From: Sphingomonadales bacterium | GTDB lineage: Bacteria; Pseudomonadota; Alphaproteobacteria; Sphingomonadales; Sphingomonadaceae | DNA: 64,000 nt | Assembly: GCA_018334165.1 (NCBI GenBank) | Contig: JAGXTB010000247.1 | Location: 3,690-67,689, forward strand | Direction of reading: 5' to 3' | Shown: positions 8,879-18,070 of the stretch, piece after piece | Position numbering within the stretch: the first letter of the stretch is position 1 | Layout: each line of letters starts with the position of its first letter | Program-made: the position numbers and the translations under genes | The notes under the pieces: model-generated | Databases searched by the model: none | Told to the model about the DNA's origin: nothing | What the model saw: the letters and a program-made list of their open reading frames with translations, nothing else

Positions 8879-10018
8879 CTAACTATAGTTCCCAATCGCC
8901 TCGAAGATCCGGCTGATCGCGGCGCGGTCAGCCTCTTCGATTTCGGGCCGCCAGATCTCGAACAGCAGGATCACCCGCTGCTGGGGTCCGTCGTTCTTGG
9001 CTTCGTGTTCGATCGAATCGTCGAAAACCAGCGGCACGCCGTCCAACCATTCGCGCCGTTCGGAGCCGACCCGCAGCCAGCACTGCGGCGCGGTCATGAT
9101 CGGCACGTGGCAGATCAGCCGCGTGTTGAGCATGCCAAAATGCGGAGCGATATGCGCGCCCGGCAGCAGCCGCGACCAGTGCGCATTGGGCGAGCGGCCC
9201 GGCGTCTGGACCAACGGCGCATGGCTCAGCGCTTCCATCGTCGCCGGGCAGCGCGCGGCGTTCTCTTCCACTACCGCCCCATCGCGCCAGAAATGGAACG
9301 CGGTCCAGTCCTGGCTGTCGAGCAAGGGATTGTTTGGCCTTGGTCGATTGGCATTGCCATGGACATAGGGAGCAAAGCCCTCGGCCCCGGCGGCCAGAAC
9401 TTCGGCCAGCTCGCGCTGCATCGCCGGAACCAGCGCCAGCATCGGCTCCAGCCAGGGAAACTGCGCAGGTTTGTAAAACCGCTTTTGCGGCAGGCCGGGG
9501 TAATAGAACACCGAAGGCTGCTGGAAATAAAGCTCGCGCTTACCCAGCAGCAGCTCGATCGCTTCGCTCATCGTTGGTGTCAGGTCTTCGCCTAGCGCAT
9601 CAAGCAGATAGGCCTCAAACCCGCCCTCGGCCTGACGCAGGTAGTTCTGGGCGTGCTCATGCAAGGCGGCCAGCGGCGGCGGCACCCGGCCCTCTGCCCC
9701 GGCCTGGTTGAGCGCTGCTTTGTAGAAGCTTGAAGCAGCCCGAGCATCGCCGGCCTGTTCGCGCAGCAGACCGCGCGTCAACAGCGCGCCGACATCGCGT
9801 GGGGCAAGCTCAAGCTGCACTTCCAGCGCCGCCTCGGCCGCACCGCGGTTGCCCAGCGCCAGTTCGGCCTGCGATAGCGCCACCCAGTTCATTGCTTCAC
9901 GCGGCAGCGTAGCGGCGGCCCTGCGCAGGTGCCCGGCTGCCCCTGCCATGTCACGCGCGGCCAGCGCGGCAAGGCCTGCCGAGAGGTGGTTGGAGGGCGC
10001 TTCGCTCATACCCGCCAC
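8879..10018 (-). CDS. Aspartyl/asparaginyl beta-hydroxylase domain protein with N-terminal TPR-like region
   Basis: GAHIAPHFGMLNTRLICHVPI motif in the C-terminal half; Ala/Leu-rich repeat N-terminus. Confidence 0.75.
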   Translation of the reverse strand: MAGMSEAPSNHLSAGLAALAARDMAGAAGHLRRAAATLPREAMNWVALSQAELALGNRGAAEAALEVQLELAPRDVGALLTRGLLREQAGDARAASSFYKAALNQAGAEGRVPPPLAALHEHAQNYLRQAEGGFEAYLLDALGEDLTPTMSEAIELLLGKRELYFQQPSVFYYPGLPQKRFYKPAQFPWLEPMLALVPAMQRELAEVLAAGAEGFAPYVHGNANRPRPNNPLLDSQDWTAFHFWRDGAVVEENAARCPATMEALSHAPLVQTPGRSPNAHWSRLLPGAHIAPHFGMLNTRLICHVPIMTAPQCWLRVGSERREWLDGVPLVFDDSIEHEAKNDGPQQRVILLFEIWRPEIEEADRAAISRIFEAIGNYS

Positions 10019-10087
10019 TCATAGGCTGGAAACAAGCGCCAAGCCAAGGCATGGTCGCGTTCCGGCAAAGCGAAAGGCAAACAAACG

Positions 10088-10483
10088 ATGAGCGCAAAAG
10101 CGGGAGTGGCGGCCTGGCACGCCTATATGGAAAGCGGCGGCGATGCCGATTTGCTCGCCGCACTGCTGGCCGAAGACCCGGTGTTCCACTCACCCGTGGT
10201 CCACACCCCGCAGGCGGGCAAGGCCAAGGTCATGATGTACCTGCTGAGCGCCGCCAAAGTGCTGGGCAATGACAGCTTCCGCTATGTCCGCGAGGTGGTC
10301 GAAGGCAATGACGCGCTGCTGGAATTCACCGCCGAGATCGACGGTATCCAGGTCAACGGGATCGACCTGATTACCTTTGACGATGCCGGGAAGATCAAGG
10401 ATTTCAAAGTGATGGTCCGACCGGTCAAGGCGGTCAACAAGCTATGGGAAATGATGGCGGCGCAGCTTCAGGCGGGTGCGTGA
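10088..10483 (+). CDS. NTF2/SnoaL-like small protein
   Basis: 131 aa with an alpha+beta-type sequence of the right size; weak family recognition. Confidence 0.5.
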   Translation: MSAKAGVAAWHAYMESGGDADLLAALLAEDPVFHSPVVHTPQAGKAKVMMYLLSAAKVLGNDSFRYVREVVEGNDALLEFTAEIDGIQVNGIDLITFDDAGKIKDFKVMVRPVKAVNKLWEMMAAQLQAGA

Positions 10484-10616
10484 TAACCCGTTAATTGAGC
10501 CTCCTGAATCTTGCTCTGCCGAGCATTCGCAATTCAAGTGACTCAAATCACTGAGAACTTTCCGATTGTCCTAGAGTCTTGATTCCGTTAGATTCTTGGC
10601 ATCGGAGGAACCGACC

Positions 10617-10865
10617 ATGCTTGATCAGTCGGAAGACAACTATCGCTGGTTCAAAGACAGCCTAGTGGACCTGATGGCTACTCACCGAGGGTTCCACGCT
10701 CTTCTGCATAACCAATCGGTGGATGGCTACTTCAGAACAAGCCTGGAGGCGATCAAGGCTGGGCTCTCCAAGCACGGAGAAGGCAATTTTTCGGTCGAAC
10801 TGGTTGATGATGTTGTAGAAGATCTGGGATTCTATTCGCATGTTAGTTCAGCGCTGCGCGCTTGA
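10617..10865 (+). CDS. Small hypothetical protein (DUF5678-like by recollection), first gene of the low-GC cassette
   Basis: ORF 10596..10865 trimmed to ATG at 10617, which is preceded by ggagga at 10606..10611. Sequence MLDQSEDNYRWFKDSLVDLMATHRGFHALLHN...; local GC is much lower than the flanks. Confidence 0.55.
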   Translation: MLDQSEDNYRWFKDSLVDLMATHRGFHALLHNQSVDGYFRTSLEAIKAGLSKHGEGNFSVELVDDVVEDLGFYSHVSSALRA

Positions 10866-11307
10866 TCAGCACCGATTGGTCATCCCCGTCAGCGTATCGA
10901 AGCCCAGTTTCGATTCTGGTACCTTCATGGGGCATTTTTCTCAGGAGCGGCACCGAGCATTGGTCGATACCGGCGCTCAGCGGACCGTCGTTTCTCGGAC
11001 GGTAATCGCAGAGCAGAATCTATTCCGAACCGGCCACATGGAATTTTCCGGCCTGCATGGTCCGCAGACTCACAGCCGGTACTTGGCCGCAATCGGCATT
11101 TGGGCCCACCGAGTGGACAGCAATGCCGCTTCGGCAAGTCTCGCAGGAACTGAGCTCTCGATATTTGCAATCGAAACACCATTTGAAGTGGTGGACATGG
11201 ACGACAACCTCAACTTCGATCTCATCCTTGGATTTGACGTCCTCAAACAGTTCAGCTTCAAATTCGACCACCAAGACAAAGAATTCGAAATGGTCGTCAA
11301 GCCTTGA
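10840..11307 (+). CDS. Retropepsin-like (clan AA) aspartic protease
   Basis: LVDTGAQRTVVS contains the D-T-G-A catalytic motif; LILGFDVL and a C-terminal FKFDHQDKEFEMV strand follow. It overlaps the upstream ORF by 26 nt. An alternative start is at 10927. Confidence 0.7.
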   Translation: MLVQRCALDQHRLVIPVSVSKPSFDSGTFMGHFSQERHRALVDTGAQRTVVSRTVIAEQNLFRTGHMEFSGLHGPQTHSRYLAAIGIWAHRVDSNAASASLAGTELSIFAIETPFEVVDMDDNLNFDLILGFDVLKQFSFKFDHQDKEFEMVVKP

Positions 11308-11320
11308 AATCCGGCGTCCT

Positions 11321-11884
11321 TCAGCACTTTCGGCCGCTCGCGAAGGGCGGTTCAAAAAGACTCTCCAAAAACTCCAGTCGCTCCTCCACCCCCGCCAAGG
11401 GCAGTTCGGTCACGTCATAGCCATAGCGTTTCCAAGCTGCGGTGACCGCCTCGTCGCTGGCCACGGCTTGCTCCCAGTCCTGGATTCGCTCGGCGTCCTG
11501 GACATAGATCGCGGCCCAGGCTGGGGCGCGCAGGATCGGGCCGTGGTAGCGAAGCTCGCGGCAGACCCTGTCGATGGCCTTGGGCACCGCCAGGGCTGAG
11601 ACATCAAGGAATCCGACCACATCAGGGAAACCGCGATCGAACACGACCGGGCCGGGTGCACGGGCGTGGCGCTCGAACTCACGTGCGTGAGCCTCGAGCA
11701 TGGCTTCAGCGAAGCCCAAGGGATCGTCTTTGCGCAGTGCCATCCCGCCGGGGGACTTGAGCAGTTCGCGCGCGACTTCGGGCGATGTGCGAAGGCCAGC
11801 TGCTGCTGCGGCACCCAGCAGGGTGGTCTTGCCCGCCCCCGGCGCGCCGGTCAGAACCGCGTGTCGGGCAGCGATCAATGTCAC
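11321..11884 (-). CDS. P-loop AAA-type ATPase (NadR/AAA_28-like)
   Basis: ORF 11321..11962 trimmed to GTG at 11884, which forms a GTGA overlap with the upstream stop. Walker A LTGAPGAGKTTLL. Confidence 0.65.
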   Translation of the reverse strand: MTLIAARHAVLTGAPGAGKTTLLGAAAAAGLRTSPEVARELLKSPGGMALRKDDPLGFAEAMLEAHAREFERHARAPGPVVFDRGFPDVVGFLDVSALAVPKAIDRVCRELRYHGPILRAPAWAAIYVQDAERIQDWEQAVASDEAVTAAWKRYGYDVTELPLAGVEERLEFLESLFEPPFASGRKC

Positions 11885-12405
11885 GAGTTGGGCGCCTGCA
11901 TGGCGGAATCGATCCGGCACCCGCCCCCGGCGCTCCATTCGGCTTCCAGCGGCGGCTCCCACATGCCTTCCATGAAGTCGAACATTGACCGGTCGACTTC
12001 CAAGGCAAAAGTCTCGCCGCGTTCCTTGTTGCGGCGGTTGACCCGGTACCAGCGTTCATCAGCCGGAATATCGAGGAAGTGCACGACCGCGGTCAGCCCC
12101 GCTTCCTCCGCCAGCGCGCGAAACTTGTCGCGGTGCGCTTTGGTGGTGAAGCCAAGGTCTAGCACGGCCGGAACCCCGCGCGCGGTCAGTTGGTGCACTG
12201 TGGCAAAGATCTGCGCCTCGCACCGCTCGACCCGCTCCATGGTCCACTTGAACTCGATCGGCTGCGGACTGTCGGCCCAGAACAGCCGGGTCATCCATTC
12301 GTCGATCGAGAACCGCACCGCGCCCAGCTGGTCGGCCAACCGGCGGGAATAGGTGGTCTTGCCGGCCCCGGTGCAGCCGACAACAAGGATCATGTCGGCT
12401 GCCAC
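11881..12405 (-). CDS. P-loop kinase-like ATP-binding protein (AAA_33/zeta-toxin-like fold)
   Basis: Walker A VVGCTGAGKTTYS; 174 aa. Confidence 0.65.
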   Translation of the reverse strand: MAADMILVVGCTGAGKTTYSRRLADQLGAVRFSIDEWMTRLFWADSPQPIEFKWTMERVERCEAQIFATVHQLTARGVPAVLDLGFTTKAHRDKFRALAEEAGLTAVVHFLDIPADERWYRVNRRNKERGETFALEVDRSMFDFMEGMWEPPLEAEWSAGGGCRIDSAMQAPNS

Positions 12406-12414
12406 AGGAGCCCC

Positions 12415-13671
12415 TTACTGGTTCATCGTCGCGAAGAAGTCTTCGTTGGTCTTCGAATCCTTCATCTTGTCGAGCAGGAATTCCATCGCGTCGATGGTGC
12501 CCATCTGCATCAGGATCCGGCGCAGCACCCACATCTTGGAGAGCTTGTCCTTGGCGACCAGCAGCTCTTCCTTGCGGGTGCCCGACTTGCCAACGTCGAG
12601 CGCCGGGAAGATCCGCTTGTCGGCAACCTTGCGGTCGAGCACGATTTCGCTGTTACCGGTGCCCTTGAACTCTTCGAAAATGACTTCGTCCATGCGGCTA
12701 CCGGTGTCGATCAGCGCAGTGGCGATGATCGAAAGGCTGCCGCCTTCCTCGATGTTGCGCGCCGCACCGAAGAAGCGCTTGGGGCGCTGCAGGGCGTTGG
12801 CATCGACACCGCCGGTCAGCACCTTGCCGCTAGACGGCACAACGGTGTTGTAGGCGCGGCCGAGACGGGTGATCGAATCGAGCAGGATCACCACATCGCG
12901 CTTGTGTTCGACCAGGCGCTTGGCCTTTTCGATCACCATTTCGGCGACCTGGACGTGGCGGCTGGCGGGTTCGTCAAAGGTCGAGGAGATCACTTCGCCC
13001 TTCACCGAACGCTGCATGTCGGTGACTTCCTCGGGCCGTTCATCGACCAGCAGCACCAGCAGGAACACTTCGGGGTGGTTGTCGGTGATCGCCTTGGCGA
13101 TGTTCTGCAGCAGCACGGTCTTGCCGGTGCGCGGCGGAGCCACGATCAGCGCGCGCTGGCCCTTGCCCTGGGGACTGATGATGTCGATCACCCGCGCCGA
13201 CTTGTCCTTGACCGTCGGGTCCAGCGTATCGAGGCTGAGCTTTTCGTCCGGGTACAGCGGGGTCAGGTTGTCGAAATTGACCCGGTGGCGGACCGCTTCG
13301 GGATCGTCGTAGTTGACGCTGACCAGCTTGGTGATCGCGAAATAGCGCTCGCCATCCTTGGGCGCGCGGATTTCGCCTTCAACCGTGTCACCGGTGCGCA
13401 GGCCCCATTTGCGGACCTGGTTGGGGGAGACATAGATATCGTCGGGCCCGGCGAGGTAGTTCGCCTCGGGGCTGCGCAGGAAGCCGAAACCGTCGGTCAT
13501 CACTTCGATCGTGCCCTGGCCGATGATTTCCTCGCCGTCTTCGGCAACCTCCTTCAGGATCGCGAACATCAGGTCCTGGCGGCGCAGCGTCGATGCGCCT
13601 TCGACGCCCAGCTCTTCGGCCATTTCGACCAGCTCGGCGGAAGTCTTTTTCTTGAGTTCTTTCAGATGCAT
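12415..13671 (-). CDS. rho: Transcription termination factor Rho
   Basis: [25 protein letters not shown]-terminus; [14 protein letters not shown] Walker A; 418 aa. Confidence 0.97.
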   Translation of the reverse strand: MHLKELKKKTSAELVEMAEELGVEGASTLRRQDLMFAILKEVAEDGEEIIGQGTIEVMTDGFGFLRSPEANYLAGPDDIYVSPNQVRKWGLRTGDTVEGEIRAPKDGERYFAITKLVSVNYDDPEAVRHRVNFDNLTPLYPDEKLSLDTLDPTVKDKSARVIDIISPQGKGQRALIVAPPRTGKTVLLQNIAKAITDNHPEVFLLVLLVDERPEEVTDMQRSVKGEVISSTFDEPASRHVQVAEMVIEKAKRLVEHKRDVVILLDSITRLGRAYNTVVPSSGKVLTGGVDANALQRPKRFFGAARNIEEGGSLSIIATALIDTGSRMDEVIFEEFKGTGNSEIVLDRKVADKRIFPALDVGKSGTRKEELLVAKDKLSKMWVLRRILMQMGTIDAMEFLLDKMKDSKTNEDFFATMNQ

Positions 13672-13810
13672 ATTTGTACAAAGTCCATGTGGATCAAGTC
13701 TGGGAATGGCCGGACGATCGATGGGCTTGGAGAAAGCGGATCGCGCCGCACTTGGATGCGCAGGCCTTGCCGGACAAGGGTCAGATAGGCCCCGGCAGCG
13801 CGCGCGTCAA

Positions 13811-14254
13811 TCAGAACGGTTTGACCACCACCATGATCACGATCAGCGCCGCGGCCACGCCGGGCACTTCGTTGAGCAGTCGCAGCTGCTTACCCGAAAG
13901 CCGCCGTTCGCCAGTGGCCAAGGCATTGTGATAACCCACCAGCCAGACGTGATAGCCTGACAGCGCCAGCACGGCCGCGAACTTGAGGTGGAACCAGCCC
14001 TCCGCCAAAGCACCGATCGAATAGGCCAGCAGCAGCCCCAAGACCCAGGTCAGGACCAGCGAGGGCCACAGGATGATCCTGAGCAGCCGCGCCTCGCGCT
14101 CCACCCACAGCGCGTTTTCGGCCGAGCCGGGCTCAGCTTCCTGATGGTACACGAAAAAGCGCGGCAGCATGAACAGCCCGGCCATCCAGAAAATCACGAA
14201 TATGATGTGGCCAGCCTTCAGCCAGAGATAGGTCATCGCCAAGATCCAGTCCAT
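13811..14254 (-). CDS. hemJ: Protoporphyrinogen IX oxidase HemJ-type membrane protein
   Basis: YLWLKAGHIIFVIFWMAGLFMLPRFFVYH motif; about 4 transmembrane segments; adjacent to hemE. Confidence 0.75.
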   Translation of the reverse strand: MDWILAMTYLWLKAGHIIFVIFWMAGLFMLPRFFVYHQEAEPGSAENALWVEREARLLRIILWPSLVLTWVLGLLLAYSIGALAEGWFHLKFAAVLALSGYHVWLVGYHNALATGERRLSGKQLRLLNEVPGVAAALIVIMVVVKPF

Positions 14255-14269
14255 TGCGCGCCCATAGTC

Positions 14270-15295
14270 CTAGCCGCGCCAGTTCCGGACCAGCGCCAGC
14301 AATTGCCCGACATGTTCCAGCGGGGTGGTCTGCCCGATCCCGTGGCCCAGGTTGAAGACATGGGGCCGATCGGCAAAGGCTTCAAGAATGTTCAGCGCCT
14401 GACGCTCCAGCTCGGCCCCGCCTGCGATCAACAGCAGCGGATCAAGGTTGCCTTGAACCGGCAGTCCGGCAGGCAGCGCCTTGGCCGCCCACAACGGATC
14501 GATTGTCTCGTCGAGCCCCAGCGCCTGGACCCCGGTTTCGCGGGCATAGGCCGGCAGCTTCTCGCCAGCGCCCTTGGGAAAGCCGATCACCGGGACATGC
14601 GGGAAACGCTTGGTGATCGCCGCAACGATTGTCGCATTGGGAGCGATGACCCAGCGTTCGAACTCGCTCGGGGCAAGACTTCCGGCCCAACTGTCGAACA
14701 GTTGCACCGCTTCGGCCCCGGCCAGGATCTGCCCAGCGAGGTAGTCGATCGTCACCGCTGTGATCGCATCAATGATCGCCTGGAACGCTATGGGATCGCG
14801 GTAAGCCATGGCGCGCGTATCGTGCTGGTCGCGGCTGCCCTCGCCCGCCACCATATAGGTCGCAACGGTCCAGGGGCTGCCGGCAAAGCCCAGCATGGTC
14901 TTGTCGCCGGGCAGCTGCGCCTTGACCAGCTTGATGGTCTCGTAAATCGGGCTCAGCCGCTCAGGCACCGCGCTCAGGCTCTCAAGGCTGACATCGACCA
15001 GCCGGGGCGAGAGGTGCGGGCCTTCGCCGACCAGGAACTCCAGATCCTGCCCCATCGCATAGGGCACGATCAGGATGTCGGAGAACAGGATTGCACCATC
15101 CATCCCGTAACGCCGGATCGGCTGGATAGTGATCTCAGCCGCGGCCGCGCTGTCATAGACCAGCGCCAGAAATCCGCCTTTCTCTGCCCGCAGTGCGCGG
15201 TACTCAGGCAGGTAGCGCCCGGCCTGACGCATCAGCCATGCAGGCCTTGGACGCACATTTTCACCGCGCAGAGTATCGAGTAGCAAACCGGGCAT
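14270..15295 (-). CDS. hemE: Uroporphyrinogen decarboxylase
   Basis: RPAWLMRQAGRYLPEYR motif; 341 aa. Confidence 0.95.
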   Translation of the reverse strand: MPGLLLDTLRGENVRPRPAWLMRQAGRYLPEYRALRAEKGGFLALVYDSAAAAEITIQPIRRYGMDGAILFSDILIVPYAMGQDLEFLVGEGPHLSPRLVDVSLESLSAVPERLSPIYETIKLVKAQLPGDKTMLGFAGSPWTVATYMVAGEGSRDQHDTRAMAYRDPIAFQAIIDAITAVTIDYLAGQILAGAEAVQLFDSWAGSLAPSEFERWVIAPNATIVAAITKRFPHVPVIGFPKGAGEKLPAYARETGVQALGLDETIDPLWAAKALPAGLPVQGNLDPLLLIAGGAELERQALNILEAFADRPHVFNLGHGIGQTTPLEHVGQLLALVRNWRG

Positions 15296-15614
15296 CGGAC
15301 CTATTCCAATTCAAATCAAATTAGATTCTTAATAGGATTATGGAGTAGTTGGGCTGTGGAAAGCGGGGATTGTCCAGTCCTGCCGGAACTGTCCCGCGCT
15401 GAACAGGGCTAAGCGCCAGTGGAATCGCCGGGCACCCACGTCAAGCGTATCTTTTGCACGCTATCCCCAGCCTGTGGGGAGCGCCGTCCACATGTCCACA
15501 AGAGTCCATATGGAGGGCAGGCACTGGGGGGCGATCTTTTCCCCGAACTTGTAAGCCCTTCCCTCCCGTGGTTTATGCCGCAAGTCATCCACAGGGACCC
15601 AAAACCCGATTGCC
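15296..15614. other. Putative chromosomal replication origin (oriC)
   Basis: A 319-bp gap between divergent hemE and the DUF299 gene. It has an AT-rich tract at 15301..15345 and DnaA-box-like 9-mers with a TCCACA core at 15355..15363 (reverse), 15484..15492, 15492..15500 and 15585..15593 (TCATCCACA). GANTC sites are at 15324, 15422 and 15502. The synteny matches the Caulobacter Cori locus. Confidence 0.7.
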
Positions 15615-16445
15615 ATGCCGCAGCTCCACCTTCACCTTCTTTCGGATTCGACCGGCGAAACGCTCGAAATGCTGGCCAAGGCGGCTTTGGCGCAATTCGA
15701 AGGTGCCGAAGTGATGCGCCATTTCTGGCCGATGGTCCGCTCACAGCAGCATCTCGACCGGATCATGGCCGAGATCGCTGCCAATCCGGGCCTGGTCTTC
15801 TACACATTGGTCAATGCCGATACCCGCCGCCGCCTGGAGGAGCATTGCCGCACTCTCGGCCTGCCGGTGGTGCCGGTGCTCGATGCGGCGGTCGAGGCGC
15901 TCGAAGCGGCGCTCGGCCAGCATCCCAAGGCCCGCCCCGGCCGCCAGCACGCCATGGACGAGGCCTATTTCGCGCGGGTCGATGCGATCCACTATACCAT
16001 TGCGCATGACGACGGGGTTGGCTGGGAGAACTGGGAAGAGGCGGACATCGTGCTCGCGGGCGTCTCGCGCAGTTCGAAGACTCCGACTTCAATCTACCTC
16101 GCCAATCGCGGTTACAAGGTCGCCAATATCCCGATCGTGGTTGAAAGTCCGCCGCCGCCGGCGCTCTATGGGCTCAAGCATCCTTTCGTGGTCGGCCTGA
16201 CCACTGCACCCGAGCGGCTGGTCCAGGTCCGCCGCAACCGCTTGCTTTCGCTCGGCCAGTCGCCCGAAACCAGCTACGTCGATGACGAGCGCGTTTCGCG
16301 CGAGGTGCAATATGCCAGGCGGATGTTTGCCGACAACGGCTGGCCGGTGATCGATGTCACCCGCCGCTCGATCGAGGAAGCGGCCGCGGCAATCATCAAC
16401 CTCTACAATGAATTCCTCGCTGCACGCGAAGGCGGCACGGCATGA
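15615..16445 (+). CDS. Pyruvate,phosphate dikinase/PEP synthase regulatory protein-like kinase (DUF299)
   Basis: [16 protein letters not shown]-terminus; [12 protein letters not shown]-loop. Confidence 0.9.
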   Translation: MPQLHLHLLSDSTGETLEMLAKAALAQFEGAEVMRHFWPMVRSQQHLDRIMAEIAANPGLVFYTLVNADTRRRLEEHCRTLGLPVVPVLDAAVEALEAALGQHPKARPGRQHAMDEAYFARVDAIHYTIAHDDGVGWENWEEADIVLAGVSRSSKTPTSIYLANRGYKVANIPIVVESPPPPALYGLKHPFVVGLTTAPERLVQVRRNRLLSLGQSPETSYVDDERVSREVQYARRMFADNGWPVIDVTRRSIEEAAAAIINLYNEFLAAREGGTA

Positions 16446-17029
16446 GTCTGGTGCTTGCTTCACAAAGCCAGTCGCGCAAGGCCATGCTCGAGGCGGCCGG
16501 AGTGCCGTTCGAGCCGGTCCCGGCGCGGATCGACGAGCGCGCGCTTGAGGCTGGCCTTGCAGGCGCCGCCCCTGCCGAAGTCGCACTGGCGCTGGCTGAA
16601 GCCAAAGCTTTGGCGGTTTCGGCAAGTCATCCAACCCGGCTGGTGCTGGGCAGCGATTCGCTGGTCGAAGTTGACGGCCACCGCTTCGACAAGCCCGCCA
16701 GCCGCGAGGATGCCGCCGCGCATCTCCAGTTCTTCTCGGGCAAGGTCATGCAGCTCCACAGTGCCGCTGCGCTGGCGCGGGGTGGCACGGTGGTCTGGCG
16801 TCACGCCGCCTTGGCCCGGCTTCAGGTCCGCGATTTGTCCGACCGGTTCATCACCAGTTACCTCGGCCATGAATGGCCGGAGGTTTCAGCCTGCGTCGGC
16901 GTGTTTCGGATCGAGGCGCGCGGGGTGCAACTGTTCGAGGGAATCGAGGGCGATCACTTCACCGTGCTCGGCATGCCGTTGCTCGCCGTGCTGGGTGCAC
17001 TGCGCGAGCATGGGGAGCTGCTGGGATGA
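16442..17029 (+). CDS. maf: Maf-like nucleotide pyrophosphatase
   Basis: [20 protein letters not shown]-terminus; 195 aa; ATGA overlaps on both sides. Confidence 0.9.
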   Translation: MSLVLASQSQSRKAMLEAAGVPFEPVPARIDERALEAGLAGAAPAEVALALAEAKALAVSASHPTRLVLGSDSLVEVDGHRFDKPASREDAAAHLQFFSGKVMQLHSAAALARGGTVVWRHAALARLQVRDLSDRFITSYLGHEWPEVSACVGVFRIEARGVQLFEGIEGDHFTVLGMPLLAVLGALREHGELLG

Positions 17030-17883
17030 GCCACCCCTATGCCGAAGTGATCGGCGATCCCATCACGCAATCGAAAAGCCCGGCGATCCATAACTTCTGG
17101 CTCGGCAAGCTGGGGATCGCTGCCGAGTACCGCCCCTGTCATGTTCGGCCCGGGGAGTTGAAGGACTATTTCGCGCGGAGACGCGGAGACGCGGAGTGGC
17201 GGGGATGCAATGTCACGATGCCGCACAAGCAGGCGGTGATGCCGCTGCTCGATGCGATTGATCCTGAAGCGGCAGCGATTGGGGCTGTCAACACCGTGGT
17301 GCGCGAGGCAGACGGGCGGTTGGTTGGGTACAACACCGATGCAGCCGGGTTCCTCGAACCTTTGCGCGCCGATCTGGCGCAGACGCATCTCTACCGGATG
17401 GCGCGGATCCTGGGCGCGGGCGGCGCGGCGCGGGCGATTGTTGCGGCTTTGGCGGGGCACGGCTTCACGCTGGTGCTGGCCGCGCGCGACCCGGCCAAGG
17501 CGCGTGGCCTGCTGGACGAGCTGGCTCCGAAGGGCGAGCACCATGCAGTCGAGCTAGCCGATTTTGCGCCGCCGACCGACTTCGCTTTCGACGACCGCGA
17601 ACACCTTTACGATCTGGTGGTCAACGCCAGCCCGCTCGGCATGGCCGGGCAGCCGCCGCTGGCATTCGACTTCAGTCATGCTCCGCCGGGCAGCACGGTC
17701 TACGACATCGTCACCCACCCGCTCGAAACGCCCCTGCTGCTCGAGGCACAAAGGCGTGGGCACCCGACCGTCGATGGCCTCGCCATGCTAATCGGCCAGG
17801 CCGCCGTGGCCTTCGCAAAGTTCTTCGGCCAGCCCGCCCCGCGCGAATACGACGCGGAACTGCGCGAGCTGCTCACAGCATGA
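17026..17883 (+). CDS. aroE: Shikimate dehydrogenase
   Basis: ORF 16873..17883 trimmed to ATG at 17026; [16 protein letters not shown] motif. Confidence 0.9.
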   Translation: MSHPYAEVIGDPITQSKSPAIHNFWLGKLGIAAEYRPCHVRPGELKDYFARRRGDAEWRGCNVTMPHKQAVMPLLDAIDPEAAAIGAVNTVVREADGRLVGYNTDAAGFLEPLRADLAQTHLYRMARILGAGGAARAIVAALAGHGFTLVLAARDPAKARGLLDELAPKGEHHAVELADFAPPTDFAFDDREHLYDLVVNASPLGMAGQPPLAFDFSHAPPGSTVYDIVTHPLETPLLLEAQRRGHPTVDGLAMLIGQAAVAFAKFFGQPAPREYDAELRELLTA

Positions 17884-17913
17884 TTCTCAGGCTACCCACT
17901 ACCCCCAACAGTC

Positions 17914-18050
17914 GTCACCCTGAACTTGTTTCAGGGTCCATGTCTCCGTTGGCCCGGTGGTCGCATGGAATGAGCCGACGAGGCGGTTTGCTGATTACAC
18001 CCCGCTTCGGACTGGTGGCCCGATGGACCCTGAAACAAGTTCAGGGTGAC
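17914..18050. repeat. MITE-like element, family A copy 1 (28-bp perfect terminal inverted repeats)
   Basis: The left arm gtcaccctgaacttgtttcagggtccat (17914..17941) is the exact reverse complement of 18023..18050. A second copy is at 49320..49455. Its spurious translation reads PELVSGS. Confidence 0.8.
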
Positions 18051-18070
18051 GGAATGAGGAGGGCGGTATC

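Noticed and set aside
12190-13788. 532-aa plus-strand ORF covering the rho locus
   Set aside because: It is antisense to an unmistakable rho gene. Its Arg/Gly/Asp/His-rich, low-information translation is typical of antisense frames in high-GC DNA.
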